Shown here: piece by piece, positions 57,876 to 64,000 of the stretch | Layout of the letters: each line of letters opens with the position of its first letter | Position numbering within the stretch: the stretch's first letter is position 1 | From: an uncultured Chloroflexia bacterium | Lineage (GTDB): Bacteria > Chloroflexota > Anaerolineae > Anaerolineales > UBA11858 | Reading direction: 5' to 3' | Length of the DNA stretch: 64,000 bases | Assembly: GCA_963712165.1 (NCBI GenBank) | Contig: CAVQGY010000003.1 | Location: 16,749 to 80,748 of the forward strand | The notes under the pieces: model-generated | Databases searched by the model: none | What the model saw: only the letters and a program-made list of their open reading frames with translations | Told to the model about the DNA's origin: nothing | Program-made: the position numbers and the translations under genes

Positions 57876-59032
57876 TTATTTTTGACCGCCTTGCGAACGT
57901 CATTGAGTGTGATCCGCCCTTCCGCTCCGGTCCCGGAGATGGTGCTGAGATCGATCCCTTCAGTTTCTGCCAGGTCCAGGGCTGCTTTGGTGGCGTTGGT
58001 CTGCTCTTTCGCAGGGAAAGCTTCGGGAATCTCCTTGACCGGGGCAGCTGTTGGTCTGGCTGCATCTGCAGCCAGGTCTTTCTTCTCGGGATAGGCATGG
58101 GTGCCAAAACGGGTCAGAACCACCGCTCCGAGAACCCAAAGCCCCAGGATGAATTTGGGAATCCAGCCCACGCAGGGCACCACCTGGCTGAAGCCGTTAA
58201 AGAACAGGGCCAGGATGAACATCCCGATGCCTGCCAGAAGCGGCACTGGCATGGTTTGGTTCAAAGAATGGACCAGTTTTCGGCCGATCTCGATGCTCAG
58301 GGCAACGAGGCCAACTACCCAGGCAGCGATCAGGGCGAAAATACCCACCAGGCTGACTGGACTGAGCAGGATGGTCACCAATAAGGCCAGGAACACAATG
58401 GGCGCTACGACCATAATACCCAGCCCCACCACAAAGGACATTACTGGCTCGCCAAATGCGGTCCGATTGATGGTTACTGCCTGATCCTGGATGAAAAGGC
58501 CGATCAGGATCGCCAGTCCGGTCCAGATCAAGATCCGGAAGAAGAACCAGGATGCGGATACAAAAGGCAGTTCTTTGAATCCCGGAACGCGGAAGTCACC
58601 TTCGAAAAGGCCATTTTCTGGCAGTTGGAATTCAAAGGGGATATTCTCTTCCGTGATGATGCTTCCGGTGATAACGGCGCCAGGAGATTGTTCATATGAG
58701 CTGCCAACAACAGTAAGATCGCCTTGAACGAGAGCTTCCTCTCCAAGGACAACGATGCCGCCCAGAGCTACCAGATTCCCATTAATGGTTCCATTCGAGG
58801 TCACATTCCCGCCGAAAACCACCGTATCCCCGTTTACAGTCGAAGATACTTCCAGGGTGACATTACCTCCGAAAACAACCAGATCCCCATTCAGCGATTG
58901 CCCTTCCTGGAGGGTATAGTTGCTGCCGAATATGACCTTGTCATCCTCATAACCGGAAGCGAATGCGGTTGTGGGAATCAGGATTGCGCTGACCAGCACC
59001 AGTAAGATGATGATTCGAGTGATTTTTTTCAT
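57869..59032 (-). CDS. polytopic membrane protein: signal peptide, bactofilin-like repeat domain, about 5 TM segments, C-terminal E3-binding (PSBD)-like domain
   Basis: Start ATG at 59032 (GGAGGAG upstream) forms an ATGA overlap with the anti-sigma stop. MKKITRIIILLVLVSAILIPTTAFA. Repeats GDLVVFGGNVTLEVSSTVNGDTVVFGGNVTSNGTINGNLVALGGIVVLG. Tail LAETEGIDLSTISGTGAEGRITLNDVRKAV. The ORF-track 5' extension to 59383 overlaps the anti-sigma gene and is rejected. Confidence 0.65.
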   Translation of the reverse strand: MKKITRIIILLVLVSAILIPTTAFASGYEDDKVIFGSNYTLQEGQSLNGDLVVFGGNVTLEVSSTVNGDTVVFGGNVTSNGTINGNLVALGGIVVLGEEALVQGDLTVVGSSYEQSPGAVITGSIITEENIPFEFQLPENGLFEGDFRVPGFKELPFVSASWFFFRILIWTGLAILIGLFIQDQAVTINRTAFGEPVMSFVVGLGIMVVAPIVFLALLVTILLSPVSLVGIFALIAAWVVGLVALSIEIGRKLVHSLNQTMPVPLLAGIGMFILALFFNGFSQVVPCVGWIPKFILGLWVLGAVVLTRFGTHAYPEKKDLAADAARPTAAPVKEIPEAFPAKEQTNATKAALDLAETEGIDLSTISGTGAEGRITLNDVRKAVKNKK

Positions 59033-59571
59033 AAGTTTAGCTCCTCCTGCAATGACCTGGTTCGAATCGATGTGATGATCCAGGCAGCAGTGATACCACT
59101 CAAGCCAAAGGTAATAGCATATAGCCAGAGGGGTGATAAGTATTTGGTGCCCACTCTCACCAAGGGTGAGAGGATATTGCTTATTTGATTGAAGAAAATG
59201 ATTCCGTTGGTAATAAAGGTGACCAACTCCAGCATCATTTGTGGAAAGAAATCCACTGCAGAGCTGAGCTCCAAGCCTACTACTGAGAGCAGGATCACCG
59301 TGGACAGTGTGATCACCGCCAGAGCAATTCCCAGGATACTCCAATTCTTGCGCCTTTCCCGGCGCTCGACTCGTTCCATCCACCGGGCACTGAAATTAGG
59401 TGCAGGAGCGGGTACTGGCGCGTTCTTGAAAAGATGATTCAATTGATGGACTGCCTGGTAGAACGACTGGCATTGGGAGCATCCTTTTAGGTGGAGATGG
59501 AGCTCGCGCTGATTTTCCTTTTTCAGGTCAGGTTCTTGTAAGATCCAGGTTTCAAATTGTTGGTGATTCAT
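59029..59571 (-). CDS. zinc-binding-type (ZAS, HxxxCxxC) anti-sigma factor with three TM segments
   Basis: HLKGCSQC motif at aa 27-34. Hydrophobic segments from about aa 78. 20-nt overlap with the upstream sigma gene. Confidence 0.65.
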   Translation of the reverse strand: MNHQQFETWILQEPDLKKENQRELHLHLKGCSQCQSFYQAVHQLNHLFKNAPVPAPAPNFSARWMERVERRERRKNWSILGIALAVITLSTVILLSVVGLELSSAVDFFPQMMLELVTFITNGIIFFNQISNILSPLVRVGTKYLSPLWLYAITFGLSGITAAWIITSIRTRSLQEELNL

Positions 59572-60166
59572 GGGCGATCCTTTTTCCAGCAGGTTTGACA
59601 GCGGGTATGGATTCTTTTTGCATTACTTGCCATTTTTCTGCTAATATGCGCCGGGCCCGGAACAAGCGGCTTTTTACCGCACTAGTGCTGAGATCCAGGG
59701 TCTCGGCGATTTCTTCATATGAGTAGTCATGCCAGAACTGCAGCACAACCGCGGCCCGATCCGTTTCATTCAACTCAATCAACATGGCTTGCACCAGAGC
59801 TTGCTTCTCTTTTTCCAGGGCAGCCTTTTCAGGGCTGGGTCCTGGATCTGGTGGGGCCAACCAGGCATGTTCTTCGCTGTCCATGGAGAGGATGATTACC
59901 TTTCTCTTTCTGAGCTGGTCAATACTGTAGTTTGAAGCGATTGACAGCAGCCAGGTAGCAAATGACCTCTCGGGATCGTAGCGGTCCAGTGCCTGGTAGG
60001 CCCGGATGAAGGCTTCCTGGGCTGCATCCTCTGCAGCTGTAGGCGTTCCCAGCATCCTGTAGCATACGCTGTATACCGGTCTGTGGTATTTATCGACAAG
60101 GTTGGCAAATGCTTCCTTGTCGCCAGTTTTTGCGTCAGCAATCCATTGTGCTTCTGTGTTGCACAC
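59552..60166 (-). CDS. ECF-subfamily RNA polymerase sigma factor
   Basis: Region 2 (AFANLVDKYHRPVYSVCYRMLG...DAAQEAFIRAYQ) and region 4 (YSYEEIAETLDLSTSAVKSRLFRARR). Confidence 0.85.
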   Translation of the reverse strand: MCNTEAQWIADAKTGDKEAFANLVDKYHRPVYSVCYRMLGTPTAAEDAAQEAFIRAYQALDRYDPERSFATWLLSIASNYSIDQLRKRKVIILSMDSEEHAWLAPPDPGPSPEKAALEKEKQALVQAMLIELNETDRAAVVLQFWHDYSYEEIAETLDLSTSAVKSRLFRARRILAEKWQVMQKESIPAVKPAGKRIAHESPTI

Positions 60167-60247
60167 TCAAGGTCTCCTTGCGTCTTGCTATGTGTAAATA
60201 TACGGGTTCAGGTTAACAAAGTTGCATGTGGTTTTGAATTGGATAGA

Positions 60248-61138
60248 TCAATCTTCCTTGATAGGTAAGAAACCCTCTCCGCGGACTTCATGTGCCTGTC
60301 CAATGATTAAAAAAGCTTCAGGATCAAGTTCCCTGATGATGGTCTTGATATGGGGTATCTCCGCCCGGGTGACCACACATAACAAGATGGTTTTTTCCTC
60401 ACCGGAGTAGCCCCCTTTGGCGTCCATTATGGTCACGCCCCTTCTCAGGCGATGGAAAATCTCCTGAATGATCGGCTCTGGTTTTGCCGTGATTATCATG
60501 CCTGTCCGCAGGACATTCGAGCCCTGGCTGATGGATTCCGCTGCGATGCCGCTGATGTAAAGCAGCACCAGCGAATACAGGGCATTTTCCCAGCTAAAAG
60601 AGAGTCCTGCCAGGAAAATGATGACAGCATCGGTGATCAGATAGCTCTGGGTGACAGGGATTCCCCGCCAGCTGCTGAGGATTCTGGCCAGGATGTCAGT
60701 ACCCCCGCTTGTGCCCCGACCCCTGTAAACCAACCCGTAACCGATTCCACTCACCACGCCGCCATAGAGCGCGTTTAACACGATATCATCGGTGATACCC
60801 TCGACCGGCAAGGATGGTAGAGGTAAATCTACCAGGATAGAAAAGGACAGAATGGCGAATGCAGTTCGAGCGGCGAAACGGGGACCACCTAAAAAGCGCC
60901 AACCGATGAAGAATAATGGAAGATTAGCCAGAAGCACCATCACACCGATCGGCCAACCGGTGTATTTATTGATGATTTGGGACAAACCGCTGATCCCGCC
61001 GCTGGCCAGACTGGCTGGTATGAGGAACACGCGTAATGAAACTGCCTGGACGGCTGAGCCTATCAGGATCAATATATAGTCCCGGACTGCAATCAGATCA
61101 AACTGGATTCCCTTAAACATCTCTACAGCTTTCTTCAT
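60248..61138 (-). CDS. YitT-family membrane protein (DUF2179 C-terminal domain)
   Basis: Five or six TM segments followed by a soluble C-terminal domain (RGVTIMDAKGGYSGEEKTILLCVV). Start placed at ATG 61138. Confidence 0.8.
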   Translation of the reverse strand: MKKAVEMFKGIQFDLIAVRDYILILIGSAVQAVSLRVFLIPASLASGGISGLSQIINKYTGWPIGVMVLLANLPLFFIGWRFLGGPRFAARTAFAILSFSILVDLPLPSLPVEGITDDIVLNALYGGVVSGIGYGLVYRGRGTSGGTDILARILSSWRGIPVTQSYLITDAVIIFLAGLSFSWENALYSLVLLYISGIAAESISQGSNVLRTGMIITAKPEPIIQEIFHRLRRGVTIMDAKGGYSGEEKTILLCVVTRAEIPHIKTIIRELDPEAFLIIGQAHEVRGEGFLPIKED

Positions 61139-61237
61139 GTTTTTCTCGCTTAAGTATTTATATTGGATTATAAGCACAAAAAGAAACGAAGTCCTTGATC
61201 AGACCTCGTTTCATGAGAATAATATTTTACTTGGAAG

Positions 61238-62134
61238 TCAATCCAGAAGTTGTGTAGATGCCAATTTTTCGATTACTCCAATAACGGCAGAATTATCAAG
61301 GCCCTCCATGCCCATTTGCAGCATCGCGCCATAGAGCTGGGTGTGCAGGCTGGCTGATGGCAGGGGAGCGCCGTATTCCCGGGCTGTGTCAATGACAATT
61401 TTAAGGTCTTTTTCCTGCATATAGGCTTTAAATCCGGGATTGCGATTTCCAGCAAAAAGGCGCTCAGGTTTGATGTCCAGGGTCCAGCACTGGGCAGCGC
61501 CTCCCTGGATAGCCTTGATTACCCTGGCAGGGTCAGCTCCGGTCTTTTTTGCCAGGATCAGCAGTTCCGCCATGGCAACCATCTGGGCTGCGACCATGAT
61601 CTGGTTGGCGGCTTTTGCGATCTGGCCTGCACCAGCTTCGCCGACATGTGTGATGGTTTTGCCTACCACTTCGAAGATAGGCATAAGCTTCTGCAAAGCC
61701 TCGTCAGGTCCTCCCACCATGATGGCCAAAGTCCCATTCTGCGCGCCGATATCACCTCCACTCACAGGGGCGTCCAGGGCAAAAGCACCCTTGGCTTTGA
61801 ATTCCTGGGCGATCTTTCTAGCCAGGGATGGTTTCACTGTGGAATGGTCCACATAGATCAATCCTTCCCGGGCACCCTCCAGGATTCCACCCTCACCCAG
61901 GGCCACAAATTCCACGTCCGGAGAGTCAGGTAGGTTTGTGAAGATGATCTCCACTTGAGAGGCAACCTCGCTGGGAGAAAATGCTTCCTTGGCGCCATGC
62001 TCTACTAATTCCTGGACCACCTGCCGGCTTCGGTTATGCACAACCAGGTCATAACCATCATTGATAAGATTCAAGGCCATGGGTTTTCCCATCAAGCCCA
62101 AACCGATATATCCTAAAGTTGGCTTTTTATCCAT
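61238..62134 (-). CDS. NAD(P)-dependent beta-hydroxyacid dehydrogenase (2-hydroxy-3-oxopropionate / 3-hydroxyisobutyrate reductase family)
   Basis: 298 aa. GYIGLGLMGKPMA, DAPVSGG and GAGQIAKAANQ. Confidence 0.8.
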   Translation of the reverse strand: MDKKPTLGYIGLGLMGKPMALNLINDGYDLVVHNRSRQVVQELVEHGAKEAFSPSEVASQVEIIFTNLPDSPDVEFVALGEGGILEGAREGLIYVDHSTVKPSLARKIAQEFKAKGAFALDAPVSGGDIGAQNGTLAIMVGGPDEALQKLMPIFEVVGKTITHVGEAGAGQIAKAANQIMVAAQMVAMAELLILAKKTGADPARVIKAIQGGAAQCWTLDIKPERLFAGNRNPGFKAYMQEKDLKIVIDTAREYGAPLPSASLHTQLYGAMLQMGMEGLDNSAVIGVIEKLASTQLLD

Positions 62135-62186
62135 CCTTGATCACCTCATATTGTGATGATGATTTCTATAGAAGAAGCAGTAATGA

Positions 62187-63248
62187 CTAAGTTTGTTTCC
62201 TCTCCAGATTATACCCACCCTGGTGGTCCTCAACTGACCAGCCCAGGGCTTCGATCTCCCTTCTAATCTGGTCAGCCCTTTCCCAATCTTGATCCATTCT
62301 GGCTTGCTGCCTGCTTTCTGCCAGCTGGATCAATTCTCCGGGGGGTTGAAGGGGGCCTGATCGCTTTTCATCAGCTAAGACAGCTGCCTGCCAGCTTTTT
62401 TCACTTATCCCAGCCAGGGGATCGCAAAGTTCAAAATTACCCAGATCAGTCAGATTCACAGCTGTGCCTGGGGGAATGACCTCCCTGGTACCTTCTTTGA
62501 TGATGGTCACATTTCCCTGGCCAACGCCATGGAGACAGCCTGCCTGGAAATCGATCACCAGGCCTGTATTCTCATCAATGCCGACCACGATCTGGTCTTC
62601 AGGTAGCAATTTGACCAGTTCTTCAAAACGCGATTCTCCCATATAACAGCGGCTGGTATCCAGTCCATCACCCCCATCTTTATTATTCCAATGAGGGATA
62701 AAGACCAGGGGGAGGCCGTAGGGTGAGAAATAGTCCAGTCCTGGTTTCCAATGCAGATCCTCTCCGACTTTGTAGATCTCATAGACCGGAAGGGCAGATT
62801 GGCTGATAGCCACTGTTGTTGCGCTGGAAAAAGCCAATCCTGCTCCCAGGCGGTGGCGGGCCTGGATATACTCCCAGGCGAGTGAACCTACCAGCTGGCG
62901 CACTGCATAGCTGGGGCTGCCGGGACCCATAAAAATCAGATCGGCATCCAGAATGGGCTGAACGATCTCAGGGATATCAGGACTATGGATTGTGCCCTTT
63001 TTCCGGGCGGGGATGATCTCGATCTCAGGGCGGAAATTCTGGAGCCGGTGTTTAATGAAGTCACCCACATTGGAGGCTACCTGTTGTGAATTGAGTTCGA
63101 AACCTGCCGGGGTTTCAAGGATCTTCACCTGTGGTTCGGGACCAGATAATTGGAATAGAAAATCAAAAATCTTGCGGCCCCCTGGTGCTGTTTCACCAGA
63201 ACCAAACAGGGCGATTGGTCCTGGGGTGATTGGGGTCTTTTTCATCAT
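62187..63248 (-). CDS. hypothetical protein: uncharacterised ~300-aa domain fused to a CysRS C-terminal-like motif
   Basis: 353-aa ORF. The C-terminus LIQLAESRQQARMDQDWERADQIRREIEALGWSVEDHQGG resembles the conserved tail of cysteinyl-tRNA synthetases (..R..AR..KDW..AD.IRD.L...GI.LED...G). The N-terminal domain (LFGSGETAPGG, IFMGPGSPSY) is only vaguely S51/type-1-amidotransferase-like. Confidence 0.6.
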   Translation of the reverse strand: MMKKTPITPGPIALFGSGETAPGGRKIFDFLFQLSGPEPQVKILETPAGFELNSQQVASNVGDFIKHRLQNFRPEIEIIPARKKGTIHSPDIPEIVQPILDADLIFMGPGSPSYAVRQLVGSLAWEYIQARHRLGAGLAFSSATTVAISQSALPVYEIYKVGEDLHWKPGLDYFSPYGLPLVFIPHWNNKDGGDGLDTSRCYMGESRFEELVKLLPEDQIVVGIDENTGLVIDFQAGCLHGVGQGNVTIIKEGTREVIPPGTAVNLTDLGNFELCDPLAGISEKSWQAAVLADEKRSGPLQPPGELIQLAESRQQARMDQDWERADQIRREIEALGWSVEDHQGGYNLERKQT

Positions 63249-63376
63249 CTTCTCAACTTGTAAGGATGTATGGTTGGCAGGAAATTTACATCATCATACT
63301 ACAGATCTGGTTGAGCACAAATCGGATCAAGGAGATTGATCCGGAGTGATGGTCATACTCAAATTGTTCATCATTT

Positions 63377-64000
63377 TCAGGCGTAATGGCTCTTGATGTT
63401 CTTTATGAGATAATGTCGGCCGGCATCCTCGGCATTGAACTCAGGCTTCCACTCCCAATCTGTGCGAGCAATCCGGTCATCAATATCAGCCGGCCAGGAA
63501 TCCACGATGTTTTGACGAGCAGGATCCGGCCGGTAAGTGATTTCTGCTCCAGGGAACCCAGTTTCTGTGAGTTGCTGGAAATCAGATGCAGAATAGCTGA
63601 AGCTGGTAACGTTATAAACCCGGCGAGTCAACTTATCCAGGGGAGCGCGCGAAAGTTCAATCAGGGAACGAACAGCATCCGGCATGACCATAAAAGGGAT
63701 CCGGACATCAGGCCGGACAAAACAGGTATAAGGTTTTCCCTGGGCTGCAAAATGGATCATTTCCGGACCAAAATCACTGGTTCCTCCACTGGGTATAGTG
63801 AATGCGCTGATAATACCCGGGAAACGCAGGGCTCTGAAATCAATCCGAATGGGGATCTGATCATCCAACTGATGATAGTGGTCACTATAATAAGCGCCTA
63901 CCTTTTCGCAGTAAAGCTTGGAGCAGCCATACATGGTTGCTGGTTCCGTCCATTGAGTCTCTTTTACAGGGGGAGAGGATGATTTTGTCTCAAGGTTTGG
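63377..64000 (-). CDS. extended-SDR epimerase/dehydratase-fold enzyme, L-threonine 3-dehydrogenase-like (3' part; N-terminus beyond the window)
   Basis: YGCSKLYCE (YxxxK) and FPGIIS. The frame stays open to the window edge. Confidence 0.7.
   Translation of the reverse strand, partial: PNLETKSSSPPVKETQWTEPATMYGCSKLYCEKVGAYYSDHYHQLDDQIPIRIDFRALRFPGIISAFTIPSGGTSDFGPEMIHFAAQGKPYTCFVRPDVRIPFMVMPDAVRSLIELSRAPLDKLTRRVYNVTSFSYSASDFQQLTETGFPGAEITYRPDPARQNIVDSWPADIDDRIARTDWEWKPEFNAEDAGRHYLIKNIKSHYA

Noticed and set aside
59033-59383. 117-codon N-terminal extension of ORF 57869..59383
   Set aside because: It lies entirely inside the anti-sigma gene in another frame. The internal ATG at 59032 has a GGAGGAG RBS, an ATGA coupling and a signal-peptide-like start.
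63386-63982. 198-aa plus-strand ORF
   Set aside because: It is antisense to the threonine-dehydrogenase-like SDR gene, which carries the YxxxK motif.

Overview
This is a gene-dense bacterial chromosomal window with about 60 protein genes and many short or ATGA-type overlapping junctions. By eye I recognised no rRNA, tRNA, CRISPR array, transposase, integrase or phage genes.

The content is overwhelmingly housekeeping:
- Replication and repair: holB, pcrA, a family-4 UDG, dnaA, polA.
- tRNA modification and translation: tsaE-tsaB, tsaD, tsaC, prmC-prfA, selA.
- Transcription: rho and two ECF sigma/anti-sigma pairs.
- Metabolism: a contiguous panB-panE-panC-panD-coaX-coaBC operon, a sulfate-activation cluster (TauE-like exporter, USP, fused sat-cysC), two sugar-nucleotide enzymes and glgP.
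- Assorted peptidases, transporters, two histidine kinases and one response regulator.

The protein flavour (class E-like sortase, UPF0316/YitT proteins, ECF modules) suggests a Chloroflexota/Anaerolineae-like or other monoderm-type lineage. That is inference only.

I did not find a clear-cut novel multi-gene system such as a defence island or mobile element. The observations I consider most worth a second look are:
1. An ECF sigma / ZAS anti-sigma operon ending in a polytopic membrane protein. It joins an exported bactofilin-like repeat domain to a C-terminal E3-binding (PSBD)-like domain.
2. Three perfect DnaA boxes in a 275-bp gap about 22 kb from dnaA, next to a 25-codon gmd remnant. The dnaA upstream region itself has no perfect box.
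3. Consensus promoters placed directly against start codons, implying leaderless mRNAs.
4. A protein fusing an uncharacterised domain to a CysRS C-terminal-like motif.
5. Two genes with apparent frame disruptions.

All calls come from reading the translations and sequence by eye. No searches were run.
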